Notes: generated by a model from the letters alone, not told the origin. 64,000 nucleotides of DNA from Burkholderia sp. (GCA_040946945.1 JAYFRX010000001.1:16605-80604), one strand, 5' to 3'; shown: positions 1 to 15,000, counted from the first letter of the stretch. Numbers and translations are program-made.

Positions 1-2
1 AG

Positions 3-3000
3 CGCCCCACGGTCGGACGCGCCGAACGTTTTCTGGAAGCCGGCGGCAACTCCGTGGCGGCGGTGCTGCTGGCCGAGCGCATCCAGGCCGAGTTCGGCCG
101 AGCGTTCGGCGTGGCACAAGTCTTCGCACATATCAGCGTGGCGGCACAAGCCGCCTATCTCGACGGTAGCGATCCGACTCCCGAAGCACCGGTTAATGAA
201 CCCATCGCGCCGCGAGCCATCGTCGCGGAGCCGAAACCAGACGCGAGCGGAATTGCCGAGGACACGTTGGCCATCATCGGCATCGCCTGCCACTTCCCCG
301 GCGCTGAAAACCATCGCGCATTCTGGGACAACCTGCGCGCCGGCCACGACAGCGCCAGGCTATTCAGCCCCGAAGCGCTGCGCGCCGCCGGCGTGCCGGA
401 GCGCCTGATCGCCGACCCGCAATACGTGCCGGTGCACTACGGCATCGAGGGCAAGGCTGAGTTCGACGCGGAATTCTTCAACCTGCCGCCGCGCACCGTA
501 ACGCGCATGGACCCGCCGTTCCGGCTGCTGCTGCAACACGCCTGGGCCGCGATCGAGGATGCCGGCTACACGCCCGAAGCGATTCCCGACACTGCCGTCT
601 ACATGGCCACGGGCGGCCCCTTGCGGTTGGCCGAACCGAGCGAACAAGGCAGCCCCGGCGATTCCGACGACTACGTGAATTGGCTGCTGGCCCAGCCCGG
701 CACCGTGGCCACCATGGTTTCCTACCAGCTCGGCCTGCGCGGGCCTAGCTACGCGGTGCACGCGAACTGTTCCTCGTCGTTGGTGGGCATGCATGCGGCC
801 GCGCAGAGCCTACGCAGCGGCGAGGTGCGCACCGCCCTGGTGGGCGCGGCCAGCCTGTTCGGCGATGACAGCCTGGGTTACCGCTACGAGCCGGGCCTGA
901 ACTTCTCCAGCGACGGCCACTGCAAGACCTTCGACTCGCGCGCCGACGGCCTGGTGGCCGGCGAGGGCGTGGCCGTGGTGCTGCTCAAGCGGGCGCGCGA
1001 GGCGGTGGCCGACGGCGACCACATCTACGCGCTGCTGCGCGGCGTAGCCGTGAACAATGACGGTGCCGACAAGGCCGGGTTCTATGCCCCGAGCGTGCGC
1101 GGCCAATCCGCGGTGATCGAGCAGGCGCTGCGCCAGGCTCGCATCGACCCGGCGCAGATCGGCTATGTCGAAGCCCATGGCACCGGCACGCGGCTCGGCG
1201 ATCCGATCGAGGTGACGGCGCTCAGCGAAACCTATCGGCGCCATACGCAGGCGCTGCAGTACTGCGCGATCGGTTCGGTGAAGAGCAACCTCGGCCACCT
1301 TGACACGGCGGCGGGGCTGGCCGGCTGCATCAAGCTGGCGTTGAGCCTGAAACACGGTGAAATCCCGCCGACCCTGCATTACCAGCAGCCGAACCCCGCG
1401 ATCGATTTCGCGGCTTCGCCGTTCTACGTGGCCGAGCGCCTGCAAGCTTGGCCGCCCGGCCCGCGCCTGGCCGGCTTGAGCGCCTTCGGCATCGGCGGCA
1501 CCAATACCCACGCGATCCTCGAAGCCTGGCCGCTATCGGTCGCCCGGCAGCAGCCAGAGCCTGCGCCTGGCGTGCCGCAGGTGCTGCCGCTGTCGGCCAT
1601 GCAGGCCGATCGCCTGCCGGTGTACGTACGACGCCTCGCAGCGTTCCTGCGCGGCCCGCACGCGGTCTCGCTGCGCCTGGCCGACGTCGCCTACACGTTG
1701 CAGACGGGCCGACGCGCGATGCGGGCGCGTTGCGCCTTTGTCGCCGAAACGCTCGATCAACTGCTGGCGGCGCTGGATGGCTATGTCGCCATGGATGATG
1801 CCAGCTTGATGCTCCCCCAGCCCACGCCGGCGGCTGGCTGGCAACTGCAGCGCGATGCCTATGCACTGGCCGCTGCCTGGCGGCAAGGCGAGTCGATCGA
1901 CTGGCAGGCGCTGCAGACGGCCGCGCCGTGGTCGGCGCACCGCGTCAGCCTGCCGACCTATCCGTTCGTGCCGAAGCGCTGGCCGCGCCCGGCGGCCCAG
2001 GTCGCGTCCGGCGCGCAGGCTGCCGTGTTGCACCCGTTGCTGCACGGCAATACCAGCGACTTCGCCGGCCATCGCTACAGCTCGCGCTTCGGCGGCGAGG
2101 AGTTCTTCCTGGCCGATCACGTGATGGGCGGCCACAAGGTCCTGCCGGGCGTGGCGCATCTGGAAATGGCTCGCGCGGCCTTCGCTCAGGCGATCGCCGC
2201 CCCGCACATCCCGCTCGAACTGCGCGACGTGGTGTGGATCCGCCCGGTCGGCGTGGATGCGCCACTGGACGTCCATACGGCCTTGCGGCCGCGAGCCGAC
2301 GGTTCAGCCGATTTCGAGATATACAGTCAGCCGGATGCCGCTAGCGAACGCATTATGCACAGTCAGGGCCGCGCGATGCGGGTCGAGACGGCTGCCGCCG
2401 AGCCGCTGGAGCTGGACGCGCTGCGTCGGCAGATCGCGCAGGCGCATCGCGATGCCGCAAGCTATTATCGCGACTTCCAGCAAGGCGGAGCCAGCTACGG
2501 CCCTGCCTTCCGCGCGCTGGAGCAACTTTGGTTGGGCGACGGACAAGTACTCGCCAGGTTGATCCTGCCCGCGGTGCTGCACGAGGGTGCCGAGCGCTAC
2601 GGTCTACATCCGAGCCTGCTCGACGCGGCCGTGCAGGCCGCTTTCATCGGTATCGACGCGATGCGTGCCGCCGCCGGCGTGGCGGGCGCGGAGCAGGGCG
2701 GCTCCTTGCCGTTCGAACTGAAGCGCGTTCAACTGCTGGTGCCTTGCCAGCCCGCCATGTGGGCCTGGGTGCGCTATACCCAGGGCGTCGGCGCGGGCGA
2801 CCGGGTGCAGCGTATGGACGTCGATCTGTGCGACGAGCAAGGGCGGATCTGCGTGCGCCTGTATGGTCTGGCCCGCCTGGCCATGCAGGCATCGAAACCC
2901 GCTGCGCCATCGCTGCAGCTGCCGCAGTGGGAAGACGCGCCGCTCGATCGAGGCGCCGCCTCGCCGCCATATGCGCAACGGTTGCAAGTGCTGTGTGCGG

Positions 3001-6000
3001 TACCGGCGCACGGGCTCGAACTCGAATCCGGCACGGATCTCGTCGAGCGTCTCGAAGCCGGCACCGGCCTGGACAGCGTGCAAGACTACGCGTTGCGTCT
3101 GTTGGCCCGCGTCCAGTCCTTCATGCGGAACAAGCCGCGCGGCCGCTGCCTGTTGCAAGTGGTGATCCCGGCCGAGGGTGAAATGGCTTGCCTGGCGGCC
3201 CTGGCCGGCCTGGTGTACTGCCTGCGCCTGGAACATCCGGGCGTGAGCGCGCAGCTGATCGCCGTGAACCCGGAGATCGCCGCGCCTGCGCTGGCGGCCC
3301 TGCTCCGGGAAGAAGGCCGCGGCGAGGCTGCCGACGCGCAAGTCCGTCATCTGCACGGACGGCGCCAGCGCAAGGCACTCGCGGCGCTGGCGCTGCCCGC
3401 GGCGGCCTCGGCGCCGCAGCCGTGGCGGCAGGGCGGTGTCTACCTGATCACCGGCGGCGCCGGCGGCCTGGGCCGCCTGTTTGCGCAGGAGATCGCGGCC
3501 CGTTGCGAGGGTGCCGGCATCGTTCTGCTGGGGCGTTCGGCCCTGTCTCCCGAACAAGCGGTCTGGATCGAGCGGCTGAGCCGGAACGGCACGCGCGTGA
3601 TCTATTGCCAGGCCGACGTTACCGACGCCGCGGCGGTCGAAGCCGCCGTGCGTGCGGCGCGCGAACTCGGCCCCTTGCGCGGCGTGCTGCACGCGGCCGG
3701 CGTGTTGCGCGACGGCCTGCTGCTGAACAGGACCGAGGAGCAGGCGCGGGCGGTGCTGGTGCCGAAGCTGGCCGGCAGCCTAGCCCTGGACCGCGCCACG
3801 CGCGAGCTGGACCTCGACTTCTTCGTGTTGTTTTCCTCGATATCGGCGCTGGGCAGCGTTGGACAGAGCGATTACGCCGTGGCCAACGCTTTCCTCGACG
3901 AATTCGCGCACTGGCGCGCGGTCGCCGTGGCTCGCGGCGAGCGTCGCGGCCGCAGCCTCGCCATCGCTTGGCCGCTGTGGGCCGAAGGCGGCATGCGCCC
4001 GGCCGCCGCCGCGCTGGCCGGCGTGCCCGGGGCCTTGCGGCAGGTCGCGCTGCCGAGCGCGCAGGGGCTGGCCTGCTTCTACCAGGCGCTGGCCAGCGCC
4101 CATGCGCAGGTCGTGGTGCCGGCCCCGGCCCCGGCCGCGCCTGCGGCACCGGCGGCATTGTCTTTGGCCGCCAGCGTCGCCGCTGCCGCCGTCACCGCCG
4201 TGTCGCCGGCTCCCCCCGCGCCTTCCTCCATTCCGTCCACGCACAAGGCATCATCCATGGCTAGCGCAGCCGTTTCCACGATCGACATCGAGGCTCTCGG
4301 CGCGCGCCTGTGCGGCGTGGTGCTGGGCCTGGTCACACAGCTGCTGGGCGTTCCGGCCGAGCAGGTCGACCTGGATGAGGAGTTCAACGCCTTCGGCTTC
4401 GATTCGATCAGCCTGACCAACCTCGCCAACCATCTCAACCAGGAACTGCGCCTGAACCTGACGCCGGCGATTTTCTTCGAGCACGCCTCGGTCAATCGCT
4501 TCGTCGAGCACCTGCTGGCCGAGCATGCCGAGCGCCTGGACTTCTTGGTGCCAGCTTCGGCCCTCGTGAGCCCGGTCGTCGCCGCAGCGCCGGCCATCGC
4601 GCCCCCGCGCGCCGAACCTGAGCCGGCCGCCGTGAGCGCGGCAGCAGCGGAGCACGACGACATTGCCATCATCGGCATGAGCGCGCGCCTGCCGATGGCG
4701 GCTGACCTCGCCCAGTTCTGGGGCAACCTGCTGGCCGGGCGCGACTGCATCAGCGAGATCCCGGCCGATCGCTGGGACTGGCGCGAGATCTACGGCGACC
4801 CGCTGCGCGAGCCGAACAGGACCGACGCCAAGTGGGGCGGCTTTATCGATGGCGTGGCCGATTTCGATCCCCTGTTCTTCGGCATCTCGCCGCGCGAGGC
4901 CGAGGCGATGGACCCGCACCAGCGCCTGCTGATGAGCCATGTCTGGCAGGCCTTGGAGGATGCCGGCTACACCCGCCAGGCCTTATCCGGCAGCGATACC
5001 GGCGTGTTCGTCGGGCTCGGCGGCAGCGACTACGGCCAGCGCGTGGTGGCGGCCGACGGCGGCGTGGAGGGCCACACGCTGATGGGCCTGCTGCCCTCGA
5101 TGGCACCGGCGCGCATGAGCCACTTCATGAACTGGCACGGCCCCAGCGAGTTCATCGACACCGCCTGCTCGTCCTCCCTGGTGGCGGTGCATCGCGCGGC
5201 GCAGGCGATCGCGGCCGGCGATTGCAGTCTGGCGGTGGTCGGCGGCGTGATGGCGATCCTCTCGCCGACCGCGCACATCGGTTTCAGCAAGGCCGGCATG
5301 CTGAGTAAGGACGGCCGCTGCAAGACCTTCTCCAGCGAGGCCGACGGCTACGTGCGCGGCGAGGGCGTGGGCATGCTGGTGCTCAAGCGCCTGTCGGCCG
5401 CGCGCGCCGACGGCGACTGCATCCATGCGGTGATCCGCGCCAGCGCAGTTAACCACGGTGGCCGCGCCAACACGCTGACCTCGCCCAATCCCGCCGCCCA
5501 GGCCGAGCTGATCGAAAGCGCCTGCCGCAAAGCCGGCGTGGCGGTCGAGCAGATCGGCTATATCGAGGCGCACGGCACCGGTACCCGGCTCGGCGATCCG
5601 ATCGAGATCAACGGGCTCAAGAGCGCCTTCAAGTCCTTGGGGCACGGCGCGGGCGAGGCCTGGTGCGGCCTGGGCTCGGTGAAGACTAATATCGGCCACC
5701 TAGAGCTGTCGGCCGGCATCGCCGGGCTACTCAAGCTGGTCCTGCAGTTGCGTCATCGCACGCTGGTGGCGAGCCTGCATTGCGAGCAGGTCAACCCCTA
5801 TATTGAGCTGGAAGGCAGCCCGTTCTACCTGGTGCGCGAGAATCGCCCCTGGCCGGCAGGCCGGGATGCTTCCGGCCGCCCGGTGCCGCGCCTGGCCGGC
5901 GTGAGCTCGTTCGGTTTCGGCGGCGTCAATGCGCACGTGCTGGTGCAGGAGCATCTCGCCGATCCGCTGCCGGTGGACGACGAGGCACCCGCGCTGATTG

Positions 6001-9000
6001 TGCTCTCGGCTCGTAGCGAGGCCGCCTTGCGCGAGCGCGCCCGGGACCTGCTCGCCTACCTGGGGCGCCGCGGCCTGGATCGGCCTGCCGTTGCCGCCGC
6101 TTCCGACGATCGGCGCGCCGAACTGGAGCAGAACATCCGCGTGGCTCTGGCCGGGCTGCTCGACGTCGACGCGCGGGAGATCAGCGTCAACGAGAGCTTC
6201 GAGGCTTACGGCCTGGATGCCCTGGCCAGGAACCGCCTGGCCGCCGCGCTCGACGAAAGCTCGCCCGCGCTGCTGGCCGGTGCCCTGCGCGCTGGCTCGG
6301 TGGCGCAGCTCGCCGACGAGTGGCTGGCCGCACAGGGCCATGCGCCGGCATTGGCAGCGGCACCGTTGGCCGAGCCGGCGATTCGCCTGGGCGACCTGGC
6401 TTATACGTTGCAGGTCGGCCGCGAGCCGATGGAGCATCGGCTCGGCTTCATGGCGGCTTCGTTCGTGCAGCTGCGCGAACGTTTGCAGGCCTTCCTCGAC
6501 GGGCAGGACGGCATGCCGGAGCTGCATCGCGGACAGTCGAAATCGGGCAAAAACGGCCTGTCCCTGCTGAGCGACGACGACGACATGGACGGCACGCTGG
6601 CCTCCTGGGCGGCGAAGAAGAAATACGCGCTGATGCTGAAGCTGTGGGTTAACGGCCTGGAGCTGGACTGGCGCCTGCTGCATGCGGGTCAGCAACCCCG
6701 GCGTATCAGCCTGCCGGCATATCCCTTCGATTACCGGCGCTGTTGGGTCGGCGAGACGCCCGCGGCGGCCACGCAGGAACCCGGCAAGGCCGTTGAGCCG
6801 GCGGCGCTCGCCGATACGAGCGATGAGACGGCCAAGGCCGAACCGGCGCAATTCCTGCTGCCGGTCTGGGACGCCGTCCATCCCGATCTGCTCGAGGACA
6901 CGTCGCCGCAAGGCCGCATCCTGCTGTGCGGCGACGACGAAGCCATCCTCGGCGTCTGGCGCGGCGGTGCGGCTGAGCAGGCACCGTTGGTGGTGCGACC
7001 GGGCACAAGCATCGAGGCCTTGAGCGCGCAGCTGGCCGTGGCCGGCACGATCGGCGAGGTGCTGTTCGTCGCACCCGACATGGCCGATCTCGGCATCGGC
7101 GACGCGCAGCTGATGATCGAAGCACAGCAGCAGGGCGTGCTGGGCCTGTTCCGCCTGATCAAGGGGCTGCTCGCGACCGGTTATGGCCTGCGCGATTTGG
7201 CCTGGACGGTGGTCACCACCCAGGCGGTGGATCTCGGCGATGGTCTGCCGCCGCGGCCCGCTCATGCCGGCATCCACGGCCTGGCCGGCGCGATGGCGCG
7301 CGAATATCCACACTGGCGCCTGCGCCTGGTCGACGTGTCGGCCGGCGAAGCCGGCGACTGGCCGATCTGCTGGCGCCGCCTGCCGCACACCGAGGGCGGT
7401 GCCGCCTGGTGTCGTCGTGGGGGCGAATGGTTCCGCCAGCGCCTGCTACCGTACCAGCCCGACACGACCGGCACGACGGACACGTCGCTGCCTTACCGGC
7501 AGGGCGGTGTCTACCTGGTGATCGGCGGCGCGGGTGGCCTCGGCGAGGCCTGGAGCCGTCACATGATCGAGCGCTACCAGGCCCGGCTGATCTGGCTGGG
7601 GCGCAGCGCGTCCGACGCGCGGATTCGCGAGCGCATCGATGCGCTGGCCGCCCTCGGGCCGGCGCCGCGCTACGTCCAGGCTGACGCCGGCGACGAAGCC
7701 GCCTTGCGCCGCGCTGCCGCCGAGATCGGCCGCGAGTTTCCGCGCCTGCACGGTATTGTGCACTCGGCTCTGGTGCTGGCCGACCAGGGCCTGGCCTCGA
7801 TGCCGGAAGTCGAATTTGCCGGCGCGCTGGCCGCCAAGGTCGATACCGCTGTGCTGACCACGCACGTGTTCGCGAACCAGCCGCTGGACTTCGTGCTGTT
7901 CTTCTCGTCGATGATGTCCTTCGGCCGCGCGGCGGGGCAGAGCAACTACGCCGCCGGCTGCGTGTTCGCCGATGTCTATGCGCGCCGCCTCGCGCAGCTC
8001 GTCAGCTACCCGGTGAAGATCGTCAACTGGGGTTACTGGGGCAGCGTGGGCATCGTCAGCCGTGCCGATTACCAGGCGCGCATGCGCCGGGCCGGCATCG
8101 GCTCGATCGAACCCGCCGAGGGCATGCGGGCGCTGGAGGTGCTGCTGCGCGCGCCGGTGCCTCAACTCGGCTTCGTGAAGGCGCGGGCCGGCGCGAGCGG
8201 CGACAGCGTGCGCCAGTATCCCGACACGATCCCCGCGGTGGCTGCGCGGGTGGTACTCGATACGCCGCCGCCGGTGTTGCGCCGTGAGGACCTGCTGTTC
8301 GCCGACCAGCGCCTGGAAAGTCTGGTCAGGGGCTTGCTGGCGCGGCAGCTGGCAGCGCTCGGTGAGCGCCCGGTGCTGCCGCTCTATCAGCGCTGGTTGG
8401 CAGAAAGCCGGCGCGTGCTGGCCGAAACTCCGGTGCCGTCAGCCCCGGCCGAGGCGCTGTGGCGCGAATGGGTCGACCATGCGCAGACGCGTCGTCGCCT
8501 TGACGGCAGCACACCCGAGCTGGACCTGTTGCAGACCTGCCTGCAGGCGCTGCCGGCGATCCTGCTCGGCCAGCGTCCTGCCACCGAGGTGCTGTTCCCG
8601 CAATCTTCGCTGTCTCTGGTGGAGGCGATCTATCGCGGCAATCCGGTGGCCGACCTGTTCAACGGCCGGCTCCAGCAATGGGTGCTGGCCTATTTGCGCG
8701 AGCGCTTGGCGTGCGACCCGCAAGCGCGGCTGCGGATCCTCGAGATCGGCGCCGGCACCGGCGGCACCAGTGCGGGCCTGCTGGCGGCCCTGCAACCGCT
8801 GCGCAAACACATCGCCGAATACAGCTTCACCGACGTCTCGCGCGCCTTCCTGATCCAGGCGCAGGATCGTTTCGCCGCCGGTTTCCCCGGCCTCGTCACG
8901 CGCTTGTTCGACGTCGAGCAGCCGCTGGCCGCGCAAGGCCTGCCCGCTGATCATTTCGACCTGGTGGTCGCCGCCAACGTGCTGCACGCGACCAGCGAGA

Positions 9001-12000
9001 TCCGCACGGCCCTGCGCAATGCCAAGGCGGCCTTGCGCAAGGGCGGCGTGCTGCTGCTAAACGAGATCGCCGGGCAGTCGCTGTTCACGCATCTGAGTTT
9101 CGGCTTGCTGGAAGGCTGGTGGCGCTATCGCGACCCGGCCGTGCGACTGCCGGCCAGCCCGGCGCTGAGCCCGGAGAACTGGGCGCGCGTGCTGCGCGAG
9201 GAGGGCTTCAGCGAGATCGGTTTCTTGTTGAAGGAGCGGCTCGAGCTTGGCCAGCAACTGGTGGTCGCGCAGAGCGATGGGTTGGTCCGGCAGGCCGGGG
9301 CCAACGTCGAGGCTGAAGTAGGCCGGCATACTCATACTTTATCCGTGGCACCGATCACCACCGCAACCGCTCCGCCTGCAAGCCGGGCAGCGCCGGCAGT
9401 GACGATCGAATCCGTTGCGCTCGCAACCATCAGCGAACCGGTCGCGATCGACGCCGGCGTGCACCGCGTGCTGCTGGAGGAGCTGGCCCGCACGCTGAAA
9501 CTCGACGTGGCCGAAATCGACACGCAGATGCCGTTCTCCGATTACGGAGTCGATTCGATCCTCGGCGTGGGCTTCGTCAAGCAGATCAACGATCGCCTTG
9601 GGCTCGATCTCAACGCCACGGTCCTGTTCGAGCACAGCTCGTTCGAGCGGCTGGTGGCGCACATCCTGCAGCGTCATCGCCAGGAGGCCGCCGCCGCGCT
9701 GGCGGCCGACGCTGCCGCGTCCGCGAATACGACCGCACATGCGCCTTCTCCCGCCGCGGCTGCCACGTCGTTCGAGCCGGCGCGAGCGAGCGTCTATGTC
9801 GCCGAGCCGATCCCCGCGGCGGCGGCTGAGTTCCGCCAGGCCGAGGCAGGGCGGGTGGAAATCGCCGTGATCGGCATGTCGGCCCAGGTGCCGGGTGCTA
9901 CCGATGTCGAGGCCTTCTGGCACAACCTAATGCACGGCGTGGACGGCGTCACCCAGCTGCCCACCGCCTACCTGGATCGTACGCGTCAGGGCGACGACGA
10001 CCAGGCCTACTACCCGTGGGGCGGTACCCTGGCCGAGCGCGCCTGTTTCGATCCGCAGTTCTTCAGCATTTCGCCGCGCGAAGCCAAGTCGATGAACCCG
10101 CATCAGCGCCTGGTGCTGCAGGAAAGCTGGAAGGCGTTGGAGGATGCCGGCTACGACCCGCGCAGCTTGGCGGACCGCCGCGTCGGCAGTTTCGTCGGCG
10201 CCGAGCCGGCCGGTTATTTCCACGAGACCTTCACTGGCTCGTCGGACGCCATCATTGCCTCGCGTCTGGCGTATTTCCTCAACCTCAAGGGGCCGGCCCT
10301 GGTGATCAACACCGGCTGCTCCTCCTCGGCCACGGCGATCCACTTGGCCTGCGAAAGCCTGCGCCATGGCGAAAGCGAAATGGCGCTGGCGGGCGGCGTG
10401 TATGCCGTGCTGAACGAAACCGGCCTGGTCAGCCTGGCCCAGCTCGACATGCTGTCGAACAGCGGGCGCTGCCAAAGCTTCGACGCGGCGGCCGACGGCA
10501 CGGTGTTTTCCGAGGCGGTTGGCATGGTGGTGCTCAAGCGCATGGACGACGCGCTGCGCGACGGCGATCCGATCTATGCCAGCATCGTCGCCAGCGGCAT
10601 CAACCAGGACGGTGCCAGCAACGGCATCACCGCGCCCAGCGGCGAGGCGCAGGAGCAGTTGTTGCTCGAAACCTATCGCAAGTTCGGCGTCGATCCGCGC
10701 CGCATCGGTTATGTCGAGGCGCACGGCACCGGCACGCGCCTGGGCGATCCGGTCGAAGCCAATGCGCTGCTGCGCGCGTTCCGTGCTCACACGGCGGATC
10801 GCGACTACTGCGCGGTCGGCAGCGCCAAGGCCCATATCGGCCATACCGCCGCCGCCTCGGGCGTGATCGGCCTAGTCAAGCTGCTGCTAATCCTCAAGCA
10901 TGGCCGCACGCCGGGCCTGCTGCATTTCTGCAAACTTAACCCGCTAATCGAATGGCAGGATTCGCCGTTCTTCATCCCTACCATCAATCGCGACTGGCCG
11001 GCCGAGCCGGGACAGCCGCGCATGGCCGCGCTCAATTCTTTCGGCCATAGCGGCACCAACGTGCACCTGGTGCTGAAGGAGCATGTCGAGCCGGTGGTGG
11101 TCGTGGCCGCCGCTGCCGACGCGCGGCAGCAGCCGGGCTGGCACCTGCTGCCCTTGTCGGCTACCAATGAAACCCGGCTGCGTGCCTATGCCGGTAAGCT
11201 CGCGCGGTACCTGCGAGAAGCGGGCGAGGGTGTGAACCTGGGCGATGTCGCGCATACCCTGCAGCACGGGCGCATCGAGCTGAAGCGTCGCTGGTGCCTG
11301 TTGGTGGAGGATGCGCCGAGCGCACTCGCGCAACTGCAGGCCTATGCCGCCGACGCGGACGCCGCCGGCGTGCACGGCCTGGCCGACGGCAGCCTGGCGG
11401 CGGACCGGATCGACGCCTCGGCACCCGAGCATCTGGCCCTGCTGGCCCGGCGCTGGGCCGGCGGCGCGAAGGTCGACTGGCCGCTGGCCGGCCATGCTGC
11501 GCGCCGCATCCGCCTGCCCAGCTATCCCTTCTCTCGCGACCAATACTGGATGGACGGTGCGCTGGCAGCGCCTGCGCCCGCGCCGATGCATCCCTTGCTG
11601 CATGCCCGCGCCGATACGGCGGCCGGCTCGCGCTTCAGTGTGCGGCTCAGCGGCGAGGAAGCCTTTTTCCGAGATCACCGCATCCTCGGCCGCCCGACCT
11701 TTCCCGGCGCGGCCTACTTGGAAATGGCCGGAGCCGCGACCGCGCGCGTGCTCGGCACCGAGGCGCTGCGCTTGAGCGTAGTGGTGTGGAGCCGGCCGCT
11801 GCAGCCCTCGGCCGCCGGCGTTGAGCTGGGCATCGAATTGCAGGCGCAGGGCGATGGCCGCCTGCGCTTCGAGATCGCGGCCGCGGGGCAGATCCACTGC
11901 CAGGGTTTGGCCGCCGCCGTCGATGCTCGCGATAACGAATTCGAGCGCCAGGATCTCGGCGCGCTGCTGGCGCGCATGGACGGGCAGGGTGTCGGCCACG

Positions 12001-15000
12001 ATGCCTGTTACGCCGCCTTCGACGCCGTCGGTATCCACTACGGCCCCAGCCATCGCGCGATCGAGCATCTGCATCTTGGCCGCGGCGAGGCGCTGGCACG
12101 GCTGGTGCTGAATCCCGCGGCCGCGCGCGATGCCGACGCCTACCGCCTGCATCCGGGCCTGCTCGACGCGGCCCTGCAGGCCACGCTGGGCCTGAGCGCT
12201 GGCAGCGCGCGCGGTGCCTACGTGCCGTTCGCGCTGGAGAGACTGGTGCTGCGCGCCTCGACCGGCCGCCAGCTGTGGGCCTGGGTGCGCTACACGTCGG
12301 GCAGCAGTCCCGACGAGGCCGTGCGCAAGTACGACATCGACCTGTTGGACGACCAGGGTGGCGTGATCGCGCGCTTGTCAGGCTTCGCCTTCCGGCCCGC
12401 CGAGGCGACGACGTCCTCTGTCGACCCGGTGCTGCTGTGGCGCCGCGACTGGCAGCCCGACTCCGCCCCGCTCGCTGGCGATGCCGTGCCGACGCGGCGC
12501 AGCGTGCTGATCTCGGATCGTGCCGCCGCCTGGCGCTTCGACGAGCCGGCCGACGGCTCGCTGTTGGCGCATCTCCAGATTAACAGTGCCCAGGAAGCCC
12601 CCGACCAGTGGTATAGACGCGTGCTGGGCGAATTGTTCGATTTGGTCAAGGCACAAGCCCAGGCGGTGCAAGCCTGCCTGCTGCAAGTGCTGGTGCCGGC
12701 ATCGGGCCAGGCCACGCTGCTGTCCGGCTTGTCGGGCCTGTTGTGCACGGCGACGCTGGAATTCCCGCGTCTGTCCACCCAGCTGCTGGCATTCGACACG
12801 GCCCCGGTCGGGCTGGCGGCCCTGCTCGAGGCGAACGCGCGGCAGCCGTGGCGGGCCCAGCTTCGCTATCAGGGCGGCACGCGGCTGGTGCCGGCCTGGA
12901 CCGAACTGGCCGGCAGCGCCGGGATCCTGCCGCTGCCCTGGCGCGAGCATGGCGTGTATCTGCTGACGGGCGGCTTGGGTGGCCTGGGCCGCCTGCTCGC
13001 CGAGGAGATCCTGAGCCAGGCGCCGGCCGCCACCGTCGTGCTGTGCGGCCGCGCCGCGCCCGACGCGCAGGCCACGCAATGGCTGCGAGCCACCGGCGCG
13101 AACGGCCAACTGCTGTATCGACAGGCCGACGTGGCCGATGCCGCGCAAGTGCGTGCCCTGGTGGCTAAAACCGTGGAGCGCTTCGGTGCTCTGCATGGCG
13201 TGATCCACAGCGCCGGCGTGCTTCGCGACGGCTACCTGCCGGGCAAGACCGTCGCGCAGATCGACGCCGTGCTGGCGCCCAAGGTGGCCGGCACGGTGAA
13301 CCTAGACGAGGCCACCCGGGCGCTGGACCTGGACCTGTTCGTGCTGTTTGCCGCCGGCGCGGGCGTGCTGGGCAATCCCGGCCAGGCCGACTACGCCGCC
13401 GCCAATGCCTTCCTGGACGCCTATGCCGGCTGGCGCAACCAGCAAGCCGCCGAGGGCCGGCGACGCGGCCAGGCCGTGGCGATCGACTGGCCGCTGTGGG
13501 CCGAGGGCGGCATGCGCATCAGCGACAGCCTGCGCGAGGCGATCGAGGCCGGCAACGGCATGCGCGCGCTGGCGCGCGGCGAGGGCATGAGCGCGCTGTA
13601 TCGCGGCGTCGCCAGCCGGGAAGCGCAATTGCTGGTGGGCGTGGGTGACCACGCGCGCCTACGCGCCTGGATGCAGCGCTTGCACGCCGAGCCGGCGGCC
13701 AAGCCGGTGCAAGCCGGCTTGGCGCCCGGTGCCGGCCGCGCGCTGCGCGACCGGACGCGCCAGTTCCTGATCGACAGCGCCGCATCGGTCCTGGAGTTGC
13801 AGCCACAGGACCTGGATCCGCGCGACGAGCTCAGCGACTACGGCTTCGATTCGATCACCTTCACCGAGCTCACCCACCGGCTGAATCGCCAGTTCGATCT
13901 GGAACTGGTGCCCACGGTGCTGTTCGAGCAGCCGACCATCGCCAAGCTAACGGCGCATCTGCTGGAGAGCTTTCCCGATGTGCTGGCGCGGGCCTTCCCC
14001 GAGGACGTGGCCGCTCCGCAGCCGCTCGTCGTGAAACCCGAGCCGCCGGCCGTGCAATCGGCTTCTCGGTCGACCGTCGAGATGGCGGCACCGTCGCCGT
14101 CGAGCGCCGGCTCTGAAGGCGCGGTGGCCATCATCGGCATGAGCGGGCGCTTCCCCGGCGCGCCGGACCTGGCCGGTTTCTGGCAGGTGCTGGCCGAGGG
14201 CCGCGACTGCATCGGGGAGATTCCCGCCGACCGCTGGGATTGGCGCCAGTACTACGGCGACGCCAGCCAGGGCGGCCGGCACACGCGCGTCAAGGAGGCT
14301 GGCTTCATCGAGGGCGTGGCTGAGTTCGATCCGCTGTTCTTCGGTATCACGCCGCGCGAAGCCGAGCTGATGGACCCGCAGCAGCGCCTGCTGCTCACTC
14401 ACGCCTGGGCTGCCATCGAGGATGCGGGCTACGCGCCGTCGAGCCTCGCGGGCGGGCGCACGGCGATTTTCGTGGGCACCGCGCCGAGCGGCTACAGCAG
14501 TCTGATCGAACAGGCCGCGATGGGCCTGGACGGCCACAGCTCGACGGGCTCGGTTGCCTCGGTGGGCCCCAACCGTCTGAGTTACCTGCTGGACCTGCAC
14601 GGGCCCAGCGAGCCGGTGGAAACCGCTTGCTCCAGCGCTCTGGTGGCGATCCATCGCGCGGTGCGCGCGATCCGCCACGGTGACTGCGAGACTGCACTGG
14701 CCGGCGGCATTAACACCATCGTGCTGCCCGAGGTGCATATCAGCTTCGACAAGGCCGGCATGCTGAGCCCCGACGGCCGCTGCAAGACTTTCTCGCGCCA
14801 TGCCGACGGCTACGGGCGCGGCGAGGGCGTCGGCATTCTGTTGCTCAAGGACCTGGCGGTGGCCGAGCGCGACGGCGACGCGATCCACGCGGTAATCCGC
14901 GGCACCGCTGAAAACCACGGCGGGCGCGCCAGCTCGCTGACCGCGCCGAATCCTAAGGCGCAGGCCGAGTTGATTAAGGCCGCCGTGCGCGATGCCGGCA

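Noticed and set aside
54-56. ORF-track start of the first PKS
   Set aside because: It lies immediately after the PCP GGNS serine, and the frame is open to the window edge, so the gene starts upstream.
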